From an uncultured delta proteobacterium (GTDB lineage Bacteria > Desulfobacterota > Binatia > UBA9968), in NCBI GenBank assembly GCA_963840855.1, contig CAWJBB010000069.1, positions 56,290-120,289 on the forward strand: a stretch of 64,000 bases of DNA, written 5' to 3'. Each line of letters starts with the position of its first letter. The stretch's first letter is position 1. The position numbers and the translations under genes are program-made. Under the pieces are notes generated by a model. It had not been told where the DNA came from. It made no database searches and worked only from the letters and a program-made list of their open reading frames with translations. Shown piece by piece: positions 1 to 9,238 of this stretch.

Positions 1-153
1 CCAATCTGCGGACATGTAATGATCTGCGAGATTTATCGAACACAGAACGCTTTTCCGAGAAGTCGCTCGAGTTTCGGGTTCAGAAGGACAAGAAAAGGTA
101 GCTTTTGTGTTTTCCGGCGAAGCAAAAATGCTTCGCTCGGATAGAATGAACTA

Positions 154-173
154 CCCCGCAGCAAGCTGCGGGG
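154..173. repeat. GC-rich perfect hairpin CCCCGCAGC-AA-GCTGCGGGG
   Basis: 9-bp perfect inverted repeat in intergenic DNA. It resembles IS200/IS605-type end hairpins or REP-like elements; no transposase is nearby. Confidence 0.5.
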
Positions 174-322
174 AATTAGACCCATAGAGATTAAATAACC
201 CGGTCCCGCGGCCTTCTTGACGGCCAGAGCTACGCCGTAATAAGGAATTCTGTAGCATCAACGAGCAGTTGATTGGAGAGTCTATCGTAGGCCTGGAACC
301 CTTGATCCTCAGGAGGTAAAGT

Positions 323-1462
323 ATGGATGCCAGCTCTTTCAAAAGAGTTAAATCCGGCTTTTTTCTCGGCTTGTGGTTGCTCGCCACGAGTAGCCTGGCC
401 GCTGACATAAATCCCTCCCTGTTGAAGGCCAAAAAAGACGCTGAGGCCAAAGGCTACATCTTTGAAACCAGCCGCGATGCAATTGTCGCTAAGGCCAGAA
501 AGGAAGGCCGAGTTAAATCGCTCAGCAGCTTAGAGAACGATGTACATCCTCACCTGATAGAAAGTTTCAGGAAAAAATATCCCTTCCTCGCCGTTGAAAT
601 GGTCGACATCCAAGGACCCGATGCCGCCCAGCGCTTCGTGATGGAAATGAAGGCGGGCACTGTCCGCGAGTGGGACATTGCCAATGTCTCAACCGATTTC
701 TATCCGGAGTATCCTCCTTTTGCAAAAAAGTTTGACATTCTTGGAATGGCAGAGCACGGGATCCTGAAGATTTCGCCCAAGATGATCGACCCGCAGCATC
801 GCAACTTCGTATCTCTTACGACAGGTATCAGCGTGCCGGTTTACAACAAAAATCTCATTTCAGAGGACAAGGTCCCTAACAGGTGGGAGGATTTTCTTAA
901 GCCTGAGTTCAAGGGAAAAAAATTCCTGGTCGATCTCCGTCCCCATGTCTTCGCGGCTTTTCCCGCATGCCCGAAAGAAGGCCTTGGCCCAGAGTGGACG
1001 ATGAAGCTAGCGAGAGGGTTACGCGACCAAGAGCCGGTATGGTTTCGTGGCAACAGCAGGGGCATTAGCGCGATCCAGTCGGGAGAATATTCGCTTCACT
1101 TTGCCATCCACTACCAGTCGGTCGTAAGAGCGATGCAGAAAGATCGCGCGGGCGCGCTGCAGCTCAAGATCATCGAGCCGGTGCCGGTCCGGGACTCTAG
1201 CTTTGAGACGATACTGAGCTCGGCCCCGCATCCGTATGCCGCGCTGTTGCTCCTCGAGCATGAGGCCAGTCCTGAGGGACAGAATTTGGTCGATAAGTAC
1301 TACCCCCAAGTAGCGTCGGTTCATTCGCCGGGAAGCCACCTGTCCAGGTTGCTCAAAGGTAAAAAGCTTTGCGTCAACGACTTCGAGACTTTTCACAACT
1401 CCGCGAAGTGGATGGCGCAGGCGGTCGAGGCTTTTGGCTTTCCCAATGCAGAGGGGAAATAG
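323..1462 (+). CDS. ABC transporter substrate-binding protein (Fe3+/thiamine-type extracellular solute-binding family)
   Basis: AGGAGG RBS, signal peptide, motifs YNKNLI..VP..WEDFL.P.FKG and [14 protein letters not shown]. Confidence 0.85.
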   Translation: MDASSFKRVKSGFFLGLWLLATSSLAADINPSLLKAKKDAEAKGYIFETSRDAIVAKARKEGRVKSLSSLENDVHPHLIESFRKKYPFLAVEMVDIQGPDAAQRFVMEMKAGTVREWDIANVSTDFYPEYPPFAKKFDILGMAEHGILKISPKMIDPQHRNFVSLTTGISVPVYNKNLISEDKVPNRWEDFLKPEFKGKKFLVDLRPHVFAAFPACPKEGLGPEWTMKLARGLRDQEPVWFRGNSRGISAIQSGEYSLHFAIHYQSVVRAMQKDRAGALQLKIIEPVPVRDSSFETILSSAPHPYAALLLLEHEASPEGQNLVDKYYPQVASVHSPGSHLSRLLKGKKLCVNDFETFHNSAKWMAQAVEAFGFPNAEGK

Positions 1463-1470
1463 ATGCGGCT

Positions 1471-1560
1471 CTCGCGCGCATCTCCAACCGCATCAGCAAC
1501 CATGTCCGCGGCGTCAACCGCGTCGTCTACGACATCTCCTCGAAGCCACCCGCCACGGAA
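1471..1560 (+). pseudogene. guaA: Orphan 3' fragment of GMP synthase
   Basis: Translates [30 protein letters not shown], matching the GuaA C-terminus (…[19 protein letters not shown]). No upstream guaA sequence. Confidence 0.85.
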
Positions 1561-1891
1561 GCCAGGACTTTCCTATCACTTGTTCGAGTTTGCGAATTTC
1601 TCTAGGTGAGCGGCGATCACGTTAGCCGCCAATTGATTCCCCGCAATATTCCAGTGTGTAGTCGCGCGCGTCTACGAGCAAACCCGTCTTGTTGGCCTCG
1701 CAAATATCCCAGCAGTTGCTTCCCGGGTTTAGGATTCTGTGATCAGTCATGATTTCAGTAACAATACTGAAGTCGCTGCCTGTTTTCCAGCAAGCGACGA
1801 TAGCCCGAATCGTATTATCTCCTCATTGAGAGCGGAGGCCAGCGGAGACGGGGCGTGAGCCGGCACCTATTCCGGAGGCACTCTTTAAAAT

Positions 1892-2857
1892 CTAAGATTT
1901 CGAGTCTTTTCGCTCTGATCTCGTCAGCCGTCGCCGCGTCTTTTGTGGGCACAAGAAGGAAATCGAATGAGCCCCGATTCTAACATCGATGATTTTGGAC
2001 TGCTTCTTTTTCTTGCGATCGTCATTTGACCACGGCTTATCATCAATGTGAACCGGAGACCCGTCCCATTCGATTTGTAGATGTCGGCCGCGTTGCACGG
2101 TAAGCTTCGCATCGACATTCCGTCCACGTATGCAGTGCGTGAGATATCGGCTCAGTTTCTTTTCTTCTCCGTGAACAAGCAGAACGACCTCGAGCAGACC
2201 ATCGTTGGTGTCCGCAGTCGGAGCGAGATCCAGGTTTGGACCGACATATCGTATATTCAATGCCTGCAGCAGAATGTAATCGCCCGACAGATCCTCATCA
2301 TCCAAAAGCACCGAAAGTTTCTTCGGAGTGTGTTTTTCTAGCCGTTCCTTTAGAATGGCGAGGACTCTCTCAATTTCGTCGTCGCGGCGAACATCAGCTG
2401 CCAGGAGGGGATGGTTGCGTTGCTCCAGCTTCAACATTGTCGAGGCAAACAGACCGAATCCAAAACCTTCAATGAAGTAATATGAACCCCATGGCCCATC
2501 CACCTCGCCTACGTCAAAGTTGACTCGGCGCGCAGAATCCCAGTCGGCAATGAGGGGGTCTAAAGCCCTTCCGGTCAACCCCAAGCTGTGACCGACATTA
2601 TTGGCGGTGCCCAGAGGGAGAATCGCAATCGGAGTCGGATTGCCGACCATTCGGCGGGCAACTTTTCCAACGGTGCCGTCTCCGCCGGCAACAGCGATAA
2701 TATCTGTGGATTTCTTCAGCGCCTTTTTCCAATCATTGTCTTTAGAAGAATAATATTTGACCTTATGGCCCGCGGCCTGGATCATATCGGTAATCCGATC
2801 ACCTGTAGGCTGTGAGTCGTCACCGGCGGATGGGTTATGAATCAATGTAACTTTAAT
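1892..2857 (-). CDS. Diacylglycerol kinase family (YegS/DgkB-like) lipid kinase
   Basis: HNPSAG, GGDGT and PLGTANN motifs. AAGGAG RBS lies 10 nt upstream of an ATT codon at 2857, the likely start position. Confidence 0.85.
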   Translation of the reverse strand: MKVTLIHNPSAGDDSQPTGDRITDMIQAAGHKVKYYSSKDNDWKKALKKSTDIIAVAGGDGTVGKVARRMVGNPTPIAILPLGTANNVGHSLGLTGRALDPLIADWDSARRVNFDVGEVDGPWGSYYFIEGFGFGLFASTMLKLEQRNHPLLAADVRRDDEIERVLAILKERLEKHTPKKLSVLLDDEDLSGDYILLQALNIRYVGPNLDLAPTADTNDGLLEVVLLVHGEEKKLSRYLTHCIRGRNVDAKLTVQRGRHLQIEWDGSPVHIDDKPWSNDDRKKKKQSKIIDVRIGAHSISFLCPQKTRRRLTRSERKDSKS

Positions 2858-2891
2858 TGGTTTGCTTCTCCTTCGTGTACAATTTACCGCT

Positions 2892-2961
2892 AGGATTGAA
2901 CTGAACGACGCAACGGACAAATCTCACAGGATTGAATCGTCGGAGAATTCAGTTCAATCCT
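2892..2961. repeat. 70-bp imperfect palindrome, copy 1
   Basis: AGGATTGAACTGAACGACGCAACGGACAAATCT-CACA-GGATTGAATCGTCGGAGAATTCAGTTCAATCCT, with a 14-bp perfect terminal IR. Confidence 0.95.
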
Positions 2962-2986
2962 GGCAGCGCCGCTTGGTTTTCTGCCA

Positions 2987-3976
2987 TCATTTGATCAGCC
3001 TATTCGCTCGGGCGAGCACCTCCGGCGGAATCGTCAAGCCTATCTGCTTTGCCGCTTTGAGATTGATGACGAAATCGAATTTCTTGGGCCGATCCACCGG
3101 TATGTCAGCGGGTTTTGTCCCCTTGAGAATCTTATCCACGATCTCAGCGGCGCGCCGGAGCATCTCTGAACGATCCTCTGAGTAAGTCATCAGTCCACCT
3201 GCCTCAACGTACCGAACGTTGGGATACACGCCTGGAAGCCGATTCTTTGCCGCTAGCTCTACGATCCGTTTTTGGTGAGAGCTGAGGAACCCGCCGCCGC
3301 CGCCCAACATAAGCGCCTGAGCACGCTTCTTTGTTGCAGCTTGAAATGCCCTTTCGATGTCGTCAGGCCCTTTCACCTCTAAGGATTGGATCCCTAACCG
3401 TAAATACCGAGCCACAGTCTCTGTCTCTTTCATCGCATAGTCCGCCTCTGGATTGGTCGGACTCCAGAGATATCCCACCTGCGAGAGTTTTGGAATTATT
3501 TCCTTGAGCAGTTCAAGCCGTTTTCCGTTTAGTTCGGTGTTAATAGAGGTCAGCCCCGTGATGTTTCCACCGGGGTGTGCGAGGCTCGCGATGATGCCAC
3601 GCCTTTCGGCATCCGCGCCGAATGCCATTACAACGGGGATCGTCTTGATCACTTTTTTAGCAACCTCCGCCGCTTCAGTCCCAGTGGTAACGATAACGTC
3701 GCAGTTGAGACGGACTAGCTCGGCGGCGAGGTCTGGCAACCGATCAACCTTCCCCTCCGAGAACCGGTACTCGATTGTGAAGTTCTGCTCCTCGACGTAA
3801 CCGATCTCGCGTAAACGATCACGAAATGGCTTCACGTAAATTGTTTCAGTAGAAGCATTGCTCGCTCCCAGAAAACATATCCGCGCCACTTTCTTCGGCT
3901 GCTGCGCCTCGGCTATGACTGCAACAGCAAGTAGGATCACTACGAACAGGATTGACAAGACACCAGCTTTTTTCAT
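2987..3976 (-). CDS. ABC transporter substrate-binding protein (ABC_sub_bind / putative Trp-Tyr-binding family)
   Basis: AEAQQ signal cleavage site, SLAHPGGNITG, KRLELLKE, and KPADIPV…INLKAAKQIGLTIP. Start placed at MKKAG. Confidence 0.92.
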   Translation of the reverse strand: MKKAGVLSILFVVILLAVAVIAEAQQPKKVARICFLGASNASTETIYVKPFRDRLREIGYVEEQNFTIEYRFSEGKVDRLPDLAAELVRLNCDVIVTTGTEAAEVAKKVIKTIPVVMAFGADAERRGIIASLAHPGGNITGLTSINTELNGKRLELLKEIIPKLSQVGYLWSPTNPEADYAMKETETVARYLRLGIQSLEVKGPDDIERAFQAATKKRAQALMLGGGGGFLSSHQKRIVELAAKNRLPGVYPNVRYVEAGGLMTYSEDRSEMLRRAAEIVDKILKGTKPADIPVDRPKKFDFVINLKAAKQIGLTIPPEVLARANRLIK

Positions 3977-4081
3977 TGCAGACACCATGTGCGCATTACG
4001 CGGAAGGTAGCAGAGAAAAGTGACATTTACGACAGAAGGCGAAAGGTATTCCGTCGAGTGGAAAAACCAGATTTTTAGCCT

Positions 4082-4151
4082 GAGATTGAACTGAACGACG
4101 CAACGGACAAATCTCACAGGATTTAGTAGACGGAGAATTCAGTTCAATCCT
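4082..4151. repeat. 70-bp imperfect palindrome, copy 2
   Basis: Near-identical to 2892-2961, same length and CACA centre. Confidence 0.95.
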
Positions 4152-4177
4152 GGCGTCGCTGTTTGTTTTTCCTGGCA

Positions 4178-5164
4178 TCACTTGATCACTTTATCCGCTC
4201 TATACAGTACGGACTGCGGGATGGTCAGGCCGATCTGCTTGGCAGCTTTAAGATTAATGATGAACTCGAATTTCGTCGGTTGCTCGACTGGGAGATCAGC
4301 GGGCTTGGCGCCTTTCAATATCTTGTCGACATACGTCGCGGCGCGGCGGAACAATTCGGGATAGTTCGTGCCGTAGGTCATGAGTCCGCCGGCGTCGACA
4401 TATTCCGGCCTGGCATAGGCCGCCGGCAGCCGATGCTTTGCCGCAAGGTCGACAACTTGTTGGCGCTGGAGATTGAGGATGGGATTCCCCAGCACCAGAA
4501 GCGCATGGGCGCGCCCCTTGGCGGCGGCTCGGACCACCGGCTCAATATCCTTGGGATCTTGGACGTCCAGATATCGAAGATAGATGTCGTAGGATCCGGC
4601 GGCGAGTACCGTCTCTCGTAAAACTTGTGCGTCGCCTGGGTTGGTCGAATTGCCGATGATAGCCACACGCGAAAGTTTGGGAACGATCTCTTTCAGGAGC
4701 TCCAGTTGTTTGCCGCTCATCTCCGGTGCCAGAGCCGCCAATCCAGTGATGTTCCCGCCAGGTTTCGCCAGACTGGCGATGAACCCGTTGCCGACGGGAT
4801 CGGTATCTTGCCCCATGACGATCGGTATCGTAGAAGTTGCTTCTTTGAGGACACGGGTTATCGTCGGCCCAGCGGAGACGATGACGTCGACCTTCAGACG
4901 CACGAGCTCGGCGGCAAGTTCATTGCGACGCTCGATTTTTCCTTCTGAAGAGCGCCACTCGATGATGATGTTCTTACCTTCAATGTACCCGATCTCGCGG
5001 AGACCTTGGCGGAAGCCTTCGATGCGAGCGGTCATAGCAGAAGCAGGCGCGTCGAGCTGAAATCCTATACGCGGGACCTTCGCCGACTGCTGCGCCTCGG
5101 CTATCAACACAACACCGAGCAGCGTCACTGCAACCAAGATTAACGACCAACGAGCTTTGATCAT
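4178..5164 (-). CDS. ABC transporter substrate-binding protein (ABC_sub_bind family)
   Basis: Paralog of 2987-3976; SLAKPGGNITG, KPADLPVEQPTKFEFIINLK. Confidence 0.93.
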   Translation of the reverse strand: MIKARWSLILVAVTLLGVVLIAEAQQSAKVPRIGFQLDAPASAMTARIEGFRQGLREIGYIEGKNIIIEWRSSEGKIERRNELAAELVRLKVDVIVSAGPTITRVLKEATSTIPIVMGQDTDPVGNGFIASLAKPGGNITGLAALAPEMSGKQLELLKEIVPKLSRVAIIGNSTNPGDAQVLRETVLAAGSYDIYLRYLDVQDPKDIEPVVRAAAKGRAHALLVLGNPILNLQRQQVVDLAAKHRLPAAYARPEYVDAGGLMTYGTNYPELFRRAATYVDKILKGAKPADLPVEQPTKFEFIINLKAAKQIGLTIPQSVLYRADKVIK

Positions 5165-5276
5165 TGCTCACCTCGTTCATGAGCAAACTTATCACGCTCG
5201 CGGTAATTGCGAAAACGATTAGTTACGGCATAAGAAAAACCCGATTTGTCGAGGGGAAAAAAGGCAATTTCGACGC

Positions 5277-5346
5277 AGGATTGAATTGTACGACGCAACG
5301 AACAAATCTCACAGGATTGTGTCGTCGGAGAAATTAGTTCAATCCT
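5277..5346. repeat. 70-bp imperfect palindrome, copy 3
   Basis: AGGATTGAATTGTACGACGCAACGAACAAATCT-CACA-GGATTGTGTCGTCGGAGAAATTAGTTCAATCCT. Confidence 0.93.
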
Positions 5347-5519
5347 CGCGGTTCCCGCGTCCTCGCGGCGCTCAAAGCCCACGATAATTATTCGTAGAGT
5401 TGTCTACTATTGGACAGTAATCCTTACCCATTGGCTTATGTTAAGGTTAGGAATTGAATAACGTGATTCGTTGGACGGCGGCCTACCAGATTCGGAAGGC
5501 CCAGCCTTTTTGGAGAAAC

Positions 5520-5780
5520 ATGATGGACAGAACATGGTCGGTAGAAATTGAAGGCAAGAAACACCTGATCGAAGTTGACTATGGCAGGAATGCCAGCCAG
5601 ACCGGCAAACTATTGGTCGACGGCAATGAATTGCAGACTTGGAAGAATGCTCAGCATTTGGACGTCCCTCCAGAGATTACTTTCCAGGTCGAAGGCAAAC
5701 CGGCCGTCTTACGCGCAAAGGGGTTTTTTAAACCCAGGATAGATTTCTTTTTTGGAGGGCAATTAATAGAACAAGCTTAA
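5520..5780 (+). CDS. Small beta-rich hypothetical protein, possibly FAIM-like fold
   Basis: GGAG RBS before ATG at 5520/5523; W.V.I.G..H.IE..G…VDG.E pattern. Confidence 0.6.
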   Translation: MMDRTWSVEIEGKKHLIEVDYGRNASQTGKLLVDGNELQTWKNAQHLDVPPEITFQVEGKPAVLRAKGFFKPRIDFFFGGQLIEQA

Positions 5781-5961
5781 TTCAAAATTAGGCATACCGG
5801 AGGGCGAGTTTTAAAGCCCCTCGACTGCCTTCTTACCGAGTCTATTCAATATACAGATTCTTAACTGTTCGGTACAAAGGATTTAGCAGGGATCAGCAGC
5901 AAGAGGCTAGGGCCTGCAAACGTGCACGCGCGCAGTCTTTAGCTGCGAGAAAGGGGATTAT

Positions 5962-6552
5962 ATGGAGAGAATTCTTTTTCTTCTTTTCATTCTCTATTCG
6001 CTTTTTGTTGCTTCAATTATCTCAGCTGCTGAGAGTCAAACATGGATGATACGACCCGGCGACAATCTTGATATCATTGCGACGACTCTGGAAATTCCCA
6101 AAGAAGAAATTAAAAAACATAATCCCGGGGTTTTGGAGAACAGTCTCCAAATCGGCCAGAAGCTGAAACTGCCGCTTCGCTCATATGTAGAGGTTAAGAC
6201 GCTGGAAGACGAACTGGGCAAAAAAGTTGAGCGGATTGGAAAGCTCGAAAGAAAAAGCAGTGATTCTGAGCAAAAAATCGCTAGCGCAGAATCGCAGTTG
6301 CGCTGGCATCCCGTTTGGCTTTGGGGATTCTGGATTTCTTTCGGCATTATTGCATTTATAGTTTCCGGCGCATATTGGATTTTTCGTCAAACGCACCCGC
6401 AGGTTTTTGAGCAACCGCATGACCGGTCCATCAGAGACTTAAGAGAAAGCAAAATACGAGCGCGGTCATCATTTCCGCACGACGAAGAAGGTGCAAGCAG
6501 CCGCGGAGGCAAATGGCAGCCGTCACTGAAGCCGCTTCCCGCACACCGTTAG
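5962..6552 (+). CDS. LysM peptidoglycan-binding membrane protein
   Basis: Signal peptide, LysM motif IRPGDNLDIIA…IKKHNP…LQIGQKLKLP, coiled coil, one TM helix. Confidence 0.8.
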   Translation: MERILFLLFILYSLFVASIISAAESQTWMIRPGDNLDIIATTLEIPKEEIKKHNPGVLENSLQIGQKLKLPLRSYVEVKTLEDELGKKVERIGKLERKSSDSEQKIASAESQLRWHPVWLWGFWISFGIIAFIVSGAYWIFRQTHPQVFEQPHDRSIRDLRESKIRARSSFPHDEEGASSRGGKWQPSLKPLPAHR

Positions 6553-6661
6553 CGGAAACAGATGAAGCTCAGGTGCCAAGCCGGCAGTTGGCGCTCCTCT
6601 AACGAACGAGCCCATCGCAACACAGCGGCCTTCATGACGCAGACTGTCAGAAGCAGCGTTA

Positions 6662-6694
6662 GGAATGGATTGATGGAGAATTCAGTTCAATTAG
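6662..6694. repeat. Isolated right arm (33 bp) of the 70-bp palindrome
   Basis: GGAATGGATTGATGGAGAATTCAGTTCAATTAG aligns without gaps to the right arm. Confidence 0.8.
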
Positions 6695-6718
6695 GGGTCT
6701 GTTCTTGGGGAAAACATA

Positions 6719-7705
6719 TTAGCTTGCCGTGGCGGCTACAATAACACTTGCGCGATTTCCTAATGGCCTACGGTCGACTTGGCGCCAACCACTCGTTTGA
6801 AGCCAGTTACGAACTTCTTCCTCGCTATAAATATCGCCTTCTCCGGTTCGTAGTAGGAAGGCGCCAGCCATCAGCGCAGCGAACATCGGTTCTGTGTGAG
6901 TGGAATTAGTCCAAAAGTCGACGAGTAACAGCGTTGCATCATCTCGCACGTTTTGGCGGAGACGCCGAAGGAGTACAAGATTATGCTCCGGTAAAAGTAA
7001 ATGCATCACGTTGGCGATAATGATAACGTCGTTATCCTGCGGAATTGGATCGGTAAAGAAATCGCCTTCCACTACGCTGATCCGATTCGCAATGGTTTGA
7101 GGTATCCGTCGCCGAGCAACAGCGGCAACTTGTGGGCGTTCAAACAAAATTGCTTCCAAATGGCTTGCCTGCCTTAACACCGCGCTGAGGAAGGAGCCCG
7201 TCCCTCCTCCGAGATCTAATACGCGATGATGAGAAGTAAAATCATACGTAGCAGCAAGCGCATTCGCAGCCTCCACTGTGAATGATTCTACCCCTTCTGA
7301 ATAAATTCGTTGCTCTTCTTCTGTGAGTTTGAGATCCTTGAACACGGGCTTGCCCGTCCGGACTGCTTCTTCTAGTTTCATCCACATGGAATAATTCAGC
7401 CGGTCCAAGTACCGCAAGAGTGGCCGCAAATCTTCGTTGCCACGGCCGCTCAAGAAACTGAGCGCCGCCGCGCTATTGTGGTATCGCCCGCCGTGATTTT
7501 CCACAAAGCCTAACGCAACCATGGCATCAGTCAGTATTCGCATCGTTCGACCTGGCATCCCGATGCGTTGCGTTAGTTCATCCAAGGTAGCCGGACTATC
7601 AGCCAGCTGCTCAAATATCCCTACCTCATTAGCGACGAATAGGAGTTTGGACGCCATGAATCCGCAGCCAACCTGAAATATCGTGTCGGGTTTTACGTCG
7701 TTCAT
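6719..7705 (-). CDS. SAM-dependent O-methyltransferase (Methyltransf_2 with dimerisation domain)
   Basis: LDLGGGTG motif I, GDFF motif, ANVMH, N-terminal winged-helix dimerisation region. Confidence 0.9.
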   Translation of the reverse strand: MNDVKPDTIFQVGCGFMASKLLFVANEVGIFEQLADSPATLDELTQRIGMPGRTMRILTDAMVALGFVENHGGRYHNSAAALSFLSGRGNEDLRPLLRYLDRLNYSMWMKLEEAVRTGKPVFKDLKLTEEEQRIYSEGVESFTVEAANALAATYDFTSHHRVLDLGGGTGSFLSAVLRQASHLEAILFERPQVAAVARRRIPQTIANRISVVEGDFFTDPIPQDNDVIIIANVMHLLLPEHNLVLLRRLRQNVRDDATLLLVDFWTNSTHTEPMFAALMAGAFLLRTGEGDIYSEEEVRNWLQTSGWRQVDRRPLGNRASVIVAATAS

Positions 7706-7819
7706 GGATCGCTCCTTCCACGAATTCTAAACAGCTTCAGCTAGGAGTATATTCAACGATCGATATGGCCCGGAGCCTAATTCGATTTCGGGCAACCGTC
7801 AAGATTTATCATTTACGCT

Positions 7820-7852
7820 AGGATTGAACTGAACGACGCGTCAAACCAATCC
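7820..7852. repeat. Isolated left arm (33 bp) of the 70-bp palindrome
   Basis: AGGATTGAACTGAACGACGCGTCAAACCAATCC aligns without gaps to the left arm. Confidence 0.85.
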
Positions 7853-8052
7853 CAAACAACGTAATGTATTGGCGGCCAAGGTGCCGGAATCACATGAAAA
7901 TCCCAGCCTTAGGAGGTAGAGACTAGCGTCACTTTGGAAGCGAGACCGTGAGCACCAAAAATGGTCTATCTATTCGCGCCGTAATAAGGTCTTTTTCCTT
8001 GCGCGATGAACTACCGGAATTAGGTGCACAGGTGTTGGAAATGATCGGCAGC

Positions 8053-9102
8053 CTAGTTTGCCGAGCGTGGCTCATCAAGAAATAACTGTACTTCGCGAAA
8101 AAGATGGATGCGATTCTTCTCCAGGAAAACTACGTGAGTGCCCTCCCCGATTTGAACAAGACGTTTATAGTGGGTGTTGCTGAGTTTGCCGAAGACCGCC
8201 TGCGCCCCTGTGACCGGGGTAACGTCATCCCACTCTGCGAGCACAATTAAGGTAGGTGCCTTAATTTCGGATGGCTCCCATAGAGGCTTCCCGGCAAACC
8301 AGTACTCCTGAGTATCTTGGACAGTGCCGTTTGGAGTGCGCACAACCGGCGGTGTCTGCTTGGCGCCGACTGGGTCGGTGGCAAGTGTGGCCGCAGACCA
8401 CGCTTCGAACCAAGCTGCCGGCATCAAGTCTTTTTTCTTTTCTTCCGGCGCGCCAGTTTGAAGACGGCTCCTCGCTTGCTCCATCGTCCATGCTTGATAT
8501 GCGCCAAGCCTTGCGGGGCTACCGCTCGCCGGCGCCTTGCGTATCCAGCCCGGTGCATAGAGCACCAGACGATTGACTTTGTCGCTGTTTTGCGTGGCGT
8601 ATCGGCCCATGATCGCGGTACCCCAAGACCAGCCCATTAAATTGAGTTTGGTCACGCCTCGACGGACCAGGATATGATCAACAGCTGCCCCTACGTCCCT
8701 AACTGCAACATCGGTTCTGACGATGGGTGGATTGTCAGCGGCCGGCTTTTCCATCTCTAGGGGGCGCGTGGAACGACCGTAGCCCCGCAAATCAACCAGA
8801 TAAACATCGTAGCCGCGGCGTGCGATGTAATCCATCCACGAGAAACCATCCAAAGGCAAATCGAATGTACTGCTCGCTGCCTGTGTGGTACCGTGCACAT
8901 AGAGCAGCGTCTTCTCCCCGCTGAATTGGGCCATGCCTTCGGGGCGCTTATTCCTGACATACAGTTGAATGCCAGGGTCATGCGATTGAATCATATAGCT
9001 CTCTGTAACGAGCTTGAGTTCTGCTTGAGAGGTGATTCCGGCGCAGCCCATCAACACCAAGAACGAGAGGATGCTGACCCGATTCCATTCTGAATAGATC
9101 AT
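8053..9102 (-). CDS. Alpha/beta hydrolase, probable lipoprotein
   Basis: VHG, DLRGYGRS, GWSWG nucleophile elbow, EWD and GTH; lipobox-like LMGC. Confidence 0.88.
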   Translation of the reverse strand: MIYSEWNRVSILSFLVLMGCAGITSQAELKLVTESYMIQSHDPGIQLYVRNKRPEGMAQFSGEKTLLYVHGTTQAASSTFDLPLDGFSWMDYIARRGYDVYLVDLRGYGRSTRPLEMEKPAADNPPIVRTDVAVRDVGAAVDHILVRRGVTKLNLMGWSWGTAIMGRYATQNSDKVNRLVLYAPGWIRKAPASGSPARLGAYQAWTMEQARSRLQTGAPEEKKKDLMPAAWFEAWSAATLATDPVGAKQTPPVVRTPNGTVQDTQEYWFAGKPLWEPSEIKAPTLIVLAEWDDVTPVTGAQAVFGKLSNTHYKRLVQIGEGTHVVFLEKNRIHLFREVQLFLDEPRSAN

Positions 9103-9135
9103 ATGCTCCTCCTATAGCTCACCATCCATACTGCG

Positions 9136-9208
9136 GCCCAACCGCACATGTTGACCGGCCGCGGCGAGCGAATGCGAGCCAGAGGACCGGTCGAGCGTGG
9201 AGTTGGGC
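9136..9208 (-). mobile_element. Integron attC site
   Basis: Minus strand: GCCCAAC-TCCAC-GCTCGACCGG…CCGGTCAAC-ATGTGCG-GTTGGGC, giving R'' RYYYAAC, R' GTTRRRY and a paired L box with an extra base. Lies 30 bp after the stop at 9239. Confidence 0.82.
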
Positions 9209-9238
9209 GATACGGTGCGCCTGGCTGATGCGTGCTCC

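Noticed and set aside
1605-1627. attC-like right half GGTGAGCGGCGATCACGTTAGCC
   Set aside because: No matching left half, opposite orientation to the other attC sites, and too short to support.
2892-2961. 70-bp repeat as a classical attC site or rho-independent terminator
   Set aside because: It lacks terminal RYYYAAC/GTTRRRY boxes and a poly-T tract.
4163-4621. Recurrent antisense ORFs opposite the ABC_sub_bind genes (also 2862-3185 and 11878-12118)
   Set aside because: Shadow frames of conserved paralogous coding sequence in GC-rich DNA.
2892-5346. CRISPR array (GTTCAATCC/GGATTGAAC resembles CRISPR repeat ends)
   Set aside because: Repeats are 70 bp and separated by about 1.1 kb of gene-containing DNA, not 30-40 bp spacers; no cas genes are present.
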